Shown piece after piece: positions 40,701-48,974 of a stretch of 64,000 bases of DNA. The translations under genes and the position numbers were made by a program. The notes under the pieces were generated by a model. It had not been told where the DNA came from and searched no databases. It saw only the letters and a program-made list of their open reading frames with translations. The DNA lies in the IMG/VR virus record IMGVR_UViG_3300032270_001157, positions 22,429 to 86,428 of that record; one strand, given 5' to 3'. Position 1 is the first letter of the stretch. Each line of letters opens with the position of its first letter. Source of the DNA: a virus. Lineage: Duplodnaviria > Caudoviricetes.

Positions 40701-43700
40701 GGAGTAGACAAATTATCTATATAAATAGTATCGCCATTATAAAAATAACTATTAATATACTTAAGTCCATAATAACTATTTATACAGGCGATGTCTTTGG
40801 TGAATATTTTAGGTAATCCACTCGTTGTAATTGCATATGTTTTAGCTGCATTTTCATTATATAAATCAGGAATAGCATTATCTAAAATTAAAGAATTATC
40901 TGGGGTTATACCTGTAGTATAGATGTTATATAGATCAAAAAAGCAATATATTGGATATATGTCTGTGTTATAGGCTATTTGGTTACTAATATTAAGATAT
41001 GGAGTAACATGAGTAATAGAACCAGATATAGCTTTAATTTCTATAACATCTCTAGGATATACAGAAGTATTGATAGTTATTGGAATTTTCATAGCCAGAG
41101 AGTACGGTCTGGTATGATCATTAGATAACGGATATGGGAATGGACTACCAGAAGCTTGGGCACTAGCAGAGTTAATTAAATTAGCAGGTAGAATAGTACT
41201 AGTATTAAATAATGTGTTTGTACTAGAAGATGTTCCATTAATATACTTAATAGTACCTTGACTAGGATTAATAGATAGTGTTTCAGAAGCAGATCTTGAT
41301 GGACCACCAACATATTCTGGAGCGAAAGTATATGTTTGAGGATAGCCTCCTATTCCACTAACAGTATAAAAGTAACAATATCCAGACAGGCTAATAGAAC
41401 CAGGAGTGCAGCCTCTAACTATATAGTTTTTTGTATAATCTAGTCCAGTATTAGGAGTAGAAGAAGCAGAAAAATTATAAGATAGGGCTGGAGAATCTAT
41501 AGTGTTTTTGTCCAAAGCAATAGATTCTAGAGTATGCGTATTAACTATATGATTAGCTATAGTGATTCCGTTACTGTTAATTAAAGCATTATTAGCATAT
41601 AAATTAACACCAGAAAATAACTGAGTATTCCATAAAGAAGATCCACAATATCTTAAAACATTAGATCCTGGAGTAACTGTAACGTCCAGAAGAAAACTAT
41701 CGTCTATTCTTTCTATAGAAATGGGCAGAGTATAATCAACAACATAAGGAGAGGCATTAGAGATTATATTATTTCTTTTTAACAATGAAGCAATATTATT
41801 TTTATTAATATTGAAAATACGATTAGAATTATGAAATGCAGTGCCAGAAAAATCGAATCCATTAGTTCTATATTTGGCATTAATGCCTTGTTCAAAGTAT
41901 TGAGCGCTATTATTTTCAGTTAATAAGTAGTTTTGAGAATCTTGTATTACTATTTTATTTCCAGTAATAGCTATGATATCAAACAAATTATTTTTAGGAG
42001 TTTTATTAGCATTGCTAAGTATTGCATTAGTAAATTGAACGGGGATTTGGTTTAGAATTTTGGAATCTAAAATTTTAAATCCATGATTTCTATCTATGTT
42101 TAGTAATACTACTCCAGTTGAACTGGGAGCTGTATCAGGATAAAAATGAGTATTATGCACAATGAATCCGCCACCATTTAATCCACTAATACTAGAGTAT
42201 GTATCGTCTAGTGGAACAATACCAGTATTACTATTAACAAAATTTAAAAATGCACTAGATTCTGCACTATCTAGATATAGATTTTCTGTTAAGTTTACAG
42301 AAATTTCGCTTCTGCCTGTGTTAGTATAGAAATAAACCACACCAGTTAGATAGTATCCAGAAGTTGATAGATATTGATCTGTTTGTGTCTCAAAGCCATC
42401 CACATGCGACTGACTAACAGTAGTAGGACAACGACCAGAACTAATAGTAGAAGAAAAATATTGAAAACCAGAAGGATAATAATTACTGCTATTTGGTTTA
42501 TTCCCACTATAAGTAATCAGAGTATTAACGATACCACTACCAGAAAATGCGTTATTAAGAATAAAACTTCTGCCCAGAGTATTTACTGATATAGCCACTG
42601 GATTTGGTTGTGTACCAGTGAAGGGCAAATTTAAAGTAATAGAGTTTGAAGTAAGATTTTCCACACGAGCTTCAGGATTCCATCCAGAAAGAGAAGAGTA
42701 TAGCTTCATACCAGAAAACATGGAACCAATTGGAGAAGGAGAACAACCACTAATAATATATGACCCATTAGCAGTCAAGCCATTGATATTAATAGAGTCT
42801 ACTATGCCTGATATAGTGGTGGAAGGTAGACCTGGGTGTGAGGTTGAAATAGTTAAACCAGTTACCAGAGCATATGGATTACCTACAAGCGTAGTTGTGG
42901 GATATATACGAGAATAAGTAAGACATTCACTTATAACATTGCTTCCACTGACTAAAACGCCATTAAAACTATTGGAAGCTGTAGAGAAATCTAAATAAGG
43001 AGAATATCCTCCAATAGTTGAAAGCTTACCAACAGTGGTTCCGCTAGGTAAATTTTCAGCTATTGTATTATTGGAAAGTAATATATTCGTTAAGTTAAAA
43101 GAATAATTTGAAGAATTTAAATGATCTTCGATTGCAGCACTAGCAACATCTCCGATATTAACAATCAACGGTTTTTCTGTTGTCCTACCAGACATGTCTG
43201 TACTTTTGATTCTAATTTGATAACTAGATTTAGTTTCATAATCAAAAGATTGTCTAGTTAATAGTGTGCTATCTTGAATACTGAAAGAACCATTATCAGT
43301 ACTTCCTTCTCCACAGACCAAAGAATATGAAAATGGAGCCGATGGGAATTCGATGGGCTCGATATTCTTATTAAAGACCGTTATTTTACTTGTGCCATTA
43401 ACTGCTTGATATTGGGTATATATGCCTTCATATCTATTAAAGCTTGTCTGGGACCTATTATAGGTAGCATTATAATTTCTTTTTGGAATCAAAGTGAGCG
43501 TGCCAGAATTAAAACTTGTAGGAGTTACTGATACTGGAGTGCCGCTAAAATTAGCGGTTAAACCACTTAAGTATATTCCTATAGTAGGAATTCCACAATA
43601 AACAGTATCAATTATACCACTAATGTTTTGTACAGACTGATATCCGTATGTTCCTAGGTCTACTTGGACTGTTTTAGTAGTATCGAATATTTGTCTACTA

Positions 43701-46700
43701 TATTTTTCTAGTTTGCAAAAACCTACATTGCTAATAGAAGATCCTTCATAAATCCCAGTAAAGCTAGGAGAAAATGTAATAATATCATTGGTAACAGAAG
43801 TAATTATTCCTGTTTGTATTAAGCTTGAAGGATATTTTTCTTCGTCTGGACCAAAAGAAATAAACATTCCTGAAGCAAATGAGCCTATGACATTGGTGAA
43901 TGTATTAGTTAAAGTATTGCCTCCAGTATAGATGTTACCGGAAATTTTAATAGTATTTAATGCTTCGGTTACTTGAATGTCAGTAGGATCAAAGGCTAAC
44001 AAATTATTATTAACCATATATCCTTTCCATGAATGTTCAGCCACTGTAAAATTATGTTGATCTATAATATCAATAGTTTTATATAATTTAGAGAGTGGTT
44101 TACGAGCATAGCCAGAGGACATAATTAAACTTACTAAACAACCAGAAACTAATCCATGATTATAAGATTTAATAATAATTTCAGAATCACCGGAATTCTG
44201 AGTAAACCAACCGTTAGAATATGGTTTGTTTAAGTTTAATATTACTTTACCATCATTAGTTTTTTGATATGATCCTCCTAAGGTTAAATACTCAGGAGTA
44301 TATTTGTATAAATTTTCGGTATTTTGTGGAGCAAGGCTTAGTGTTGGTAGCGGAGTACGAGATACTTCTACGTTTTGTATAGTATCTACATCGTCTAGTT
44401 GATAATGATAATAATGTCTTCTATATTGAGAATCGTTGTATATTTCTTGTTTATTAGCACCTCTCAATATTTGAGTTGTGTTTTGAATATTGTTTACGTT
44501 GTTAGGATCTCTAAATGTAGTATTTTTAATAATACCACTATTAAAAACAAATAAAGCTGCTCCTGTTCCTGCTGCCTTATTTAATAATACTTCTATGTTA
44601 TATGCTAAAGTTTTATTTTTAGGAATACTAACGCTTGGTGTCATTGAAACCCAAGATCCATTCGCTTCAGAACCAGGAAGACCAAGAGCTATTGTTGAAT
44701 ATTGACCTTGAGCCAAGATGTTATTGCCATCTAACTCAGCAAAAGATCCGAAGCTTAATTGATTATTGGCCCAGGTATATCCATAATTACCAGCTGCTAT
44801 AGACTTAGCTTTTAGAGTTTTAGAGCCATAATTTAAAGCAACACTATTGTCTCCGGATACAATATTATTAGTACCAACAGCCAAGCTAGAGTCTTGATAA
44901 AGAGTATTGTTGGATCCAGCGAGTATAGAGTTATTAGATAAAAATGATCCACTATTAGAGCTTCCAACATATAAGTTAGCATTATTATCTATGATAACTG
45001 CTGTAGTATCTGCTTTTTGTCTGATAATTGAATTACTAATAGTACGACTGGGGTTAGATGTTCGATTATCAAATCGTGGTATATAATCTGCTGTCCCATC
45101 TAAATTATCAAACTGGACTTTGTTATAATTGAAAAGCCCAGTCATGTTGGAGGCATCTGTGTAGTAGGTACCGTGATTACCATCCAATAAATCTGTATTA
45201 AAATTATATACTAGTCCAGTATTACTTCCGACATATAGAGGAGGAGCAGTTTGTCCGAAGGATGGTAGAATAGAAATATATTCATTGACCGTCATTCTTT
45301 GTGCGAAAGTTTTCACACCACTAACTATTTGATTATCTATCCTGCTAATATAAGCATTATCAGCAACGTTACGCAAAAGTACAACACTGGTGTCTCCAGT
45401 TATATTGCCCATTAAAAAAATAGCATTAGCATTTCCACCGTCTATATCATCTCTAAATCCATTAGAAGCATCTCCACCATTTATATTACCTGTATCACTA
45501 GTTATATCAGTAATTAATCTTAGTTCTCTATTTGATGGATAGTATGCTAAGATACCTGTTCTTAGAGTAGCGCCACCATAAAGAAAACTAAAACCTCTAG
45601 GTTCACTTGGTAAAATAATTTCAGAGTTTGTTCCTATCAAAGGAAGATTATCTTTAATTAATAATTCATCTGTATTTAAGTTAACTTTGCCATTAACTTG
45701 TAAAGATCCTGTAATAACATCTCCAGTAGTACTTACTGGACGATAACCTAAAGCATTAACGATATCAAAATAATTATTATCTAATCCATTTACAACGATA
45801 CCTTTATTATTTACTGTGACTTTAGTAAAGGTACCCGGAGTAGTTTGTATTGGTAAAGAATCTGCGTTAAGTGTTCCTGTCTGATTTCCAAGATCAAAAA
45901 AAGCAGAAGCATGTAAACCGTCTAAAAGATCTGCGTCTAACCCAGAGCCGGCACCATCATTTCCTGGGTGCCAAGGAGTATATCCTAAAATACTTAATAG
46001 ATCAGATGAGCTTAAACTACTTCCCGATATCACTCTTCCTTTATCATCAGTAGTAATTTTACTATAAGTGCCGGGTACTCCGGTAGTAGATAAAGATATA
46101 GATGTATTTTCTACTAAAATATCCTGAGAGCTTCCAATATTAAGAACAATAGACCCTGTGGGTATACTTAACGAACCTCCCCCAGTTAATCCTGATCCAG
46201 CGATAATATCTATCCTAGTTCCACTTAGTACCAAACTTCCTGTATTTAGTGGAAAAGAAGATATTTTTGTTCCATCAAAGTATAATAATCTATTGCTGGT
46301 AAAGGTTTGATTATTTGTTCCTCCCTTAGCAATGGGAACAACGCCGCTAATGCTACCCAAATCAAGTTCTACTTTACGGACTATGGTATCATCAATAATA
46401 ATTTGATTAGTCTCGTTAATAGAGAGCCCGTCGCCTATATTAACTCCTAGATTGACGGTATTTCCTTGAGTGATTTTATATAAGCCAGATCCATTAATCA
46501 CCCCAGTAATAGCAGAGCTACTATTTATAGTATTAAGCAGAGCGTCTATGGAGTAAGGGGAGCTGGACAATTTGGCTCCGTCAAAATAAATAATATTTCC
46601 ACTATTAAAAGTGGTATTATTAGTACCTCCACTATTGATGGGTAATAAACTAAAAACCACACCATCTTTTCCTGCTGGTCCTTGTGGACCAATAGCTCCG

Positions 46701-46864
46701 GCTTCACCCTGTAAGCCCTTCTCGATAGAGATCAAATTGAGTTTATTTAATCTATTATCTGATATTACCACATTAGTAGTAATAACACTGTCTGGATCTT
46801 TTTCCTGGGTGATAACCAAATATTTTAATGGTTGTATATCTTCTTCTATTCTAACTATGCTCAT
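34760..46864 (-). CDS. Giant modular fibre/adhesin protein, 4034 aa
   Basis: Short collagen stretch, PIxxGGT repeats, GT(Y/F)xKxTxxxKG fibre repeats, WHPGNDGAGSGLDADLLDG, cadherin-like segments (FDYETKSSYQIRI; ENLPSGTTVG) and a putative Ig segment (SGSLPPGL). One 12.1-kb open frame. Confidence 0.8.
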   Translation of the reverse strand: MSIVRIEEDIQPLKYLVITQEKDPDSVITTNVVISDNRLNKLNLISIEKGLQGEAGAIGPQGPAGKDGVVFSLLPINSGGTNNTTFNSGNIIYFDGAKLSSSPYSIDALLNTINSSSAITGVINGSGLYKITQGNTVNLGVNIGDGLSINETNQIIIDDTIVRKVELDLGSISGVVPIAKGGTNNQTFTSNRLLYFDGTKISSFPLNTGSLVLSGTRIDIIAGSGLTGGGSLSIPTGSIVLNIGSSQDILVENTSISLSTTGVPGTYSKITTDDKGRVISGSSLSSSDLLSILGYTPWHPGNDGAGSGLDADLLDGLHASAFFDLGNQTGTLNADSLPIQTTPGTFTKVTVNNKGIVVNGLDNNYFDIVNALGYRPVSTTGDVITGSLQVNGKVNLNTDELLIKDNLPLIGTNSEIILPSEPRGFSFLYGGATLRTGILAYYPSNRELRLITDITSDTGNINGGDASNGFRDDIDGGNANAIFLMGNITGDTSVVLLRNVADNAYISRIDNQIVSGVKTFAQRMTVNEYISILPSFGQTAPPLYVGSNTGLVYNFNTDLLDGNHGTYYTDASNMTGLFNYNKVQFDNLDGTADYIPRFDNRTSNPSRTISNSIIRQKADTTAVIIDNNANLYVGSSNSGSFLSNNSILAGSNNTLYQDSSLAVGTNNIVSGDNSVALNYGSKTLKAKSIAAGNYGYTWANNQLSFGSFAELDGNNILAQGQYSTIALGLPGSEANGSWVSMTPSVSIPKNKTLAYNIEVLLNKAAGTGAALFVFNSGIIKNTTFRDPNNVNNIQNTTQILRGANKQEIYNDSQYRRHYYHYQLDDVDTIQNVEVSRTPLPTLSLAPQNTENLYKYTPEYLTLGGSYQKTNDGKVILNLNKPYSNGWFTQNSGDSEIIIKSYNHGLVSGCLVSLIMSSGYARKPLSKLYKTIDIIDQHNFTVAEHSWKGYMVNNNLLAFDPTDIQVTEALNTIKISGNIYTGGNTLTNTFTNVIGSFASGMFISFGPDEEKYPSSLIQTGIITSVTNDIITFSPSFTGIYEGSSISNVGFCKLEKYSRQIFDTTKTVQVDLGTYGYQSVQNISGIIDTVYCGIPTIGIYLSGLTANFSGTPVSVTPTSFNSGTLTLIPKRNYNATYNRSQTSFNRYEGIYTQYQAVNGTSKITVFNKNIEPIEFPSAPFSYSLVCGEGSTDNGSFSIQDSTLLTRQSFDYETKSSYQIRIKSTDMSGRTTEKPLIVNIGDVASAAIEDHLNSSNYSFNLTNILLSNNTIAENLPSGTTVGKLSTIGGYSPYLDFSTASNSFNGVLVSGSNVISECLTYSRIYPTTTLVGNPYALVTGLTISTSHPGLPSTTISGIVDSININGLTANGSYIISGCSPSPIGSMFSGMKLYSSLSGWNPEARVENLTSNSITLNLPFTGTQPNPVAISVNTLGRSFILNNAFSGSGIVNTLITYSGNKPNSSNYYPSGFQYFSSTISSGRCPTTVSQSHVDGFETQTDQYLSTSGYYLTGVVYFYTNTGRSEISVNLTENLYLDSAESSAFLNFVNSNTGIVPLDDTYSSISGLNGGGFIVHNTHFYPDTAPSSTGVVLLNIDRNHGFKILDSKILNQIPVQFTNAILSNANKTPKNNLFDIIAITGNKIVIQDSQNYLLTENNSAQYFEQGINAKYRTNGFDFSGTAFHNSNRIFNINKNNIASLLKRNNIISNASPYVVDYTLPISIERIDDSFLLDVTVTPGSNVLRYCGSSLWNTQLFSGVNLYANNALINSNGITIANHIVNTHTLESIALDKNTIDSPALSYNFSASSTPNTGLDYTKNYIVRGCTPGSISLSGYCYFYTVSGIGGYPQTYTFAPEYVGGPSRSASETLSINPSQGTIKYINGTSSSTNTLFNTSTILPANLINSASAQASGSPFPYPLSNDHTRPYSLAMKIPITINTSVYPRDVIEIKAISGSITHVTPYLNISNQIAYNTDIYPIYCFFDLYNIYTTGITPDNSLILDNAIPDLYNENAAKTYAITTSGLPKIFTKDIACINSYYGLKYINSYFYNGDTIYIDNLSTPRSYLNVGDQLTVLHYNNNSSFSSGVSRSLRVTDSNARNTAFTGVIINGNDSVILNNSTFNKKIGFTNPLGHSLTEYLSTTGTLSFVGSVSGYCNIPFSNNIYYHTYGGTTASWPMDPSGVVVPAPVTGVYSIGTNNIGCSSGSLCVRITGFTNTIFNNVSDTTDRSSFGSQPNLLQNNNISGYVRPWGVNKKLYFDFSDDCPEINGLYYVVDKLNPSIITINIPYNENYFNRSGLVYLVDSDFNIKSNRLPNLDNSFVVSSGRVSLGANGVVDSYINSYNTGSKRWKHLVHFNKEINTFGGYNAIFNESSQAQLISLSPEIIKISQIEYSLDSGISYDSIDSNDTLLLPSNKSVVYLRFTIADGAGKWNNNLTLTAPRINIYGVGTYNIDTTNISYDTTTKKWSIVAIIENLTQLVTNKEITLTATDESGSVSTKIFLTSKIIPVIKSPVSVYSYQNSVEQWVIPYDIKDLPSTPITITATNYPGSTYSISDDGLSPTSNSKILIGSAGSTTGVFNPVLTIRDFVSGEILSSQTGTINILPLNAPAPTYSIQPQNLDDSIYLNITTNNTQSFVFYIPSDTNVSNTNLVVTFGQNTGYTITPTTEYSTSAKRYRVTATVNGSAGYYQGQSINIAISQPVYGANDEVTWVRYNYTKNINLILYKNLEINKTQLIEPLTFDIEEPWAIQFKVDHGIGAYRSDLPPRVRLSNLPTIGSYSGQPLEYLLISSHETDNRWNFVAFAKKDSFGKYRKTTGEYLIKIYVEDDYSTSYNTVNVLFTRSPYVDNIKNLIYTTPNKPYFSTIDIKASSPNPNDPPIIKIPDALKETTVTLTRSHYKYDANLGLWEYAYSGSPIYDRWDVNLAITNINSPLADSTTSSMVLSCKGISTDKLYGIAKLNLIELDSNTIASLSSTSDRLKIINIDEPYYIATEGSAWNVEFSTSGGLANPNYPPTILFSGLPSPCSGYDPKATIELQNSCFTSRAWDNTNKKWDFVFNGMPLCNISGLKPFSITAIDTDTNQNRYLDSDTVFSSILYTSLDAAGITHPSPQIIEAPSQQAQNPIELYPLCGDVSIDRSYRFGIRNRGSCPIPTGITGWIVSGSLPPGLNYSITFPGGAPSAPWNNISSGTLRIYGVPSTFASGGLYNEKLTLTVFDARNKSANKQFTFTDTSTANPASPINVTVYFENNKPAYTPRALKINNVEQPSGTMALSDLSFNTYWPPSDPVSLLCTSILPHSNCQTSTFSYSGGNYEAGDTKVYISNTRIDIGSNNSSDTYFEFDNNPSHQFNRGYRAQTIGNSGYIVVPGHTFTTGTGRLVKSTFRLYDTTNMQKFNGTLDSNTTVGIMGCGTFKLKPSVGGPPSYGLFGRMKPSFIAAIPLSGSFNNNDISFSGLNVTPIPEYSADPTVYTIKTSNCWETGYIRISGISVPKPSVELFAPPPAQGGDSVPFSYNNQAYSLLSKCAYGNSEYEKVLAENFRPVSINYLIKHCASGIPINSGSASTSPAGAAGGTPIQFNYIFNSGAVLSLFIDKPSDTFPTYKYNALPYAENEYFWIHKGGNRDDNPIQSSFPPVIITGIKNSISCMSGQPISGYSIRAIGGYIPFSGGSQKIPFYQLQDNSVWSLIDYLPSFTGMIQEKLNKKILVGTYLHSGFLGGVNGQNLNIVLPTGFNPNDSITLTFSGDLSFTTGIILESNYSTNISLPFQRNGLAISGSVTAQDKCFIQSIDNSLITIKHNNLSYVTGNYIDILDSSSVSTENNNLLPFNYRLSIVSGDNRTLVASFSGPTNYPFSSGLSISGFYDLRKNYYDQININNITQIKDGEWRFGLSGTPTGLYKDYTYKMISLENTGLPAFSGTTLVPKKYVTEYPLFINKPIQIILPPSVISSGITNNNGSWSLSFEIDGGVRPIDKNIPEILINNSMCNFTRTLNVQNMNDSYNSVTDRLTISLSSNNSVGYDWRNATSFTIKAYDDTGLSTTTVTLNQP

Positions 46865-47304
46865 TGGTTACAAGTTCCACAATCATTTTGTGTATTAGTG
46901 TTACAGCTAAAGACATCATTGCCGGGAACATTCCTGGGAACCAATGATATACTACCCTGTAAAATACGAAATATCTTTTTTCCGCCGCCAGTATATAAAT
47001 CATTAGGCTCTTGTAGTTCAAAATCATATCTAGCAGAACCGAAAGAGTATTGAGCTGTTTCAGAAGCTGGTATCTTTAATATAATTTTACCTAATGATGG
47101 ATCCAATGTAAATTCATATTCATTATTTCTGGTGTTTGTCACAAATGTTCTAATAGTAGGACTATCTGCTTGGTCTTCTACCCACCGTATGCGAGCACAC
47201 CAGTTGGCAATATTGATAGGAATATTAGCGTCGTCTCTATATTCAAAAGCTATAACAAACGCAGTTCCTTTTTCTATACTGAAATTGTAGTCTGCTGCTG
47301 GCAT
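46861..47304 (-). CDS. Small virion structural protein (BppU-N-like beta-sandwich), 147 aa
   Basis: YNFSIEKGTAF...RYDFELQEP..KIFRILQGSISL pattern. Its stop overlaps the start of the 4034-aa gene. Confidence 0.55.
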   Translation of the reverse strand: MPAADYNFSIEKGTAFVIAFEYRDDANIPINIANWCARIRWVEDQADSPTIRTFVTNTRNNEYEFTLDPSLGKIILKIPASETAQYSFGSARYDFELQEPNDLYTGGGKKIFRILQGSISLVPRNVPGNDVFSCNTNTQNDCGTCNQ

Positions 47305-47319
47305 AATAATCTACCCCTA

Positions 47320-47835
47320 TCATGAATAAAAATATCTTGAACGATAAGTATTGCCCTGTAAGTATCTTGGATTGAACTTATTACCAACGAACGGACCAAG
47401 TATGGCCGCTACAGCAGCAGCATCCTTAACATCCCAATGGTCTGTAAGTTCTTGATAAAGAGCACATGGGCCCTTTTCCAAAATAGTCTTCCATCCAGCA
47501 AGACTACCTCCTACACTTAAACTAGCTGGTCCTAATGCGGCACGGATGCCTTCAGTAACAGCTTTACTCCTAAAAGTACTTTGATCAATAATACATGCTG
47601 CTTTCAAAGATACCAAAGAGATAAAAATCTCATCCCTATCGTCTGTAGGGTCTGGGGTAATAGTTGAATTAGCAACATCAACTAAATATTGATGGTCTAA
47701 TACCACATCAAATTGAACATATTTTGCAGCTACACTAACGGTCTGTATAATCCTTTCATCACTATAAACTGGCTGATCTCCCAAATCGTTGGTGAGTGTG
47801 CGTACTATAATAGGTATTTCTATTTGCCAACTCAT
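47320..47835 (-). CDS. Putative head-tail adaptor (gp6/gp15-like), 171 aa
   Basis: IVRTLTNDL..YSDERI..AAKYV helical pattern and a C-terminal ASLSVGG beta-hairpin. Preceded by the conserved GGTGTATTAA motif. Confidence 0.5.
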   Translation of the reverse strand: MSWQIEIPIIVRTLTNDLGDQPVYSDERIIQTVSVAAKYVQFDVVLDHQYLVDVANSTITPDPTDDRDEIFISLVSLKAACIIDQSTFRSKAVTEGIRAALGPASLSVGGSLAGWKTILEKGPCALYQELTDHWDVKDAAAVAAILGPFVGNKFNPRYLQGNTYRSRYFYS

Positions 47836-47870
47836 ATTTGATCCTTTTACTAGTGTATTAGAGATATGGT

Positions 47871-47880
47871 TTAATACACC
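47871..47880 (-). promoter_or_regulatory. Conserved intergenic motif GGTGTATTAA (candidate phage late promoter), copy upstream of the adaptor gene
   Basis: The exact 10-mer recurs in three intergenic gaps (33256-33265, 47871-47880, 57762-57771), each about 35-55 nt upstream of a minus-strand start. Confidence 0.6.
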
Positions 47881-47943
47881 TTATGGTGAAGGGTCTAAGG
47901 TTTTAAATTAAGTGGCTAATAATAAATTTCTTGTTAACAACTA

Positions 47944-47972
47944 TAGACATACCATTGTGTTTTCTCTATAAT
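47944..47972 (+). promoter_or_regulatory. Near-consensus sigma70 promoter for the inverted methyltransferase
   Basis: TAGACA (47944-47949), 17-nt spacer, TATAAT (47967-47972), followed by AAAGGT and ATG at 48005. Confidence 0.8.
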
Positions 47973-48004
47973 AGCTCGTGGTCCAATATTTCAAAGGTAA
48001 TACT

Positions 48005-48541
48005 ATGTCAAGACTAAGGCTAAAAGAAATTTGCTCAATCTACGCAACAGATAAGAATTGCCTTCATTGTTATGTGGATGAGGTTTATGAGGAATTATTT
48101 AAAGAGTTTAGATGCTCTGCCAATAAGGTTTTAGAAATAGGGGCTTATAATGGTGCTAGTATAATGATGTGGAAAGACTATTTTACTAAGGCCGAAATTT
48201 TTACCATAGACAATGTACAGTGTCCTCAAATAACTGGACGAGAACGAATTCACTCTTTGCTTGGAGATGCCTATAGTTATGAAACTCTCAAAGAATTACC
48301 CAATGATTTTGATATTATAATTGAGGACGGTTCTCATAAAATTGAAGATATGAGTTTTGCGGTTGTTGAGTATGTTCAAAAGCTCAAGCCAAATGGGATA
48401 TTAATAGTAGAAGATATTCCAGATTTTAACTGGACCAATATTTTAAAGAATCTTATACCAGATCATTATACTGTTGAGGTAAAAGATCTTAGAAGAGTTC
48501 GTGGTCGTTATGATGATATATTGATGATTATTAGGTCTTAG
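48005..48541 (+). CDS. Class I SAM-dependent methyltransferase (resembles sugar O-methyltransferases), ~178 aa
   Basis: HCY..VYEELF..KVLEIGAYNGASIMMWKDYF..FDIIIEDGSH..LKPNGILIVEDI. It is the only convincing plus-strand gene. Start moved from the track's GTG at 47978 to ATG 48005 on promoter/RBS grounds. Confidence 0.8.
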   Translation: MSRLRLKEICSIYATDKNCLHCYVDEVYEELFKEFRCSANKVLEIGAYNGASIMMWKDYFTKAEIFTIDNVQCPQITGRERIHSLLGDAYSYETLKELPNDFDIIIEDGSHKIEDMSFAVVEYVQKLKPNGILIVEDIPDFNWTNILKNLIPDHYTVEVKDLRRVRGRYDDILMIIRS

Positions 48542-48974
48542 GATATTTAGCTTTAACTGAGGCTATCTTATCTTGCATATCTAAAAAAGCCTGGGAAGTT
48601 ACACCTTTCCACATCGCATCTAGTTGATCTCCTAATGACGGATATTCACTTCTTCGTAAGGCATAATAATCTGGAATGGATGGCTTTACGATCTCATCCT
48701 TACTAATGGGAGTCTCAATGGATTCTCCCGAAATCGGGTCAGGAAAACTTCTTGTTTTTGGTTCTAATTCTGTCCAAGCTAATTCTTTAAGGTCGATGTC
48801 ATTCAGGATCGACTGTTGGGCAGATTGAAGGAATTGGTCGATATTTTCTACATTAGGTGGAATAAAAATTTGCCAATTATAAGTATTATCGTTGTGTTGA
48901 ACTTCGATATAGGCCAGGGCCCTATTTTCATCTTGTAAATTAGATGCTAATCCTACTAAATTAATACTAGACAT
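48531..48974 (-). CDS. Putative tail-fibre assembly chaperone-like protein, 147 aa
   Basis: C-terminal Y..LRRSEYPSLGDQLDAMW...IASVKAKYPK motif is typical of small proteins encoded next to phage fibre genes. Confidence 0.6.
   Translation of the reverse strand: MSSINLVGLASNLQDENRALAYIEVQHNDNTYNWQIFIPPNVENIDQFLQSAQQSILNDIDLKELAWTELEPKTRSFPDPISGESIETPISKDEIVKPSIPDYYALRRSEYPSLGDQLDAMWKGVTSQAFLDMQDKIASVKAKYPKT

Noticed and set aside
47978-48004. GTG start for the methyltransferase as given in the track
   Set aside because: It lies at the predicted transcription start with no room for an RBS. ATG 48005 has AAAGGT upstream.
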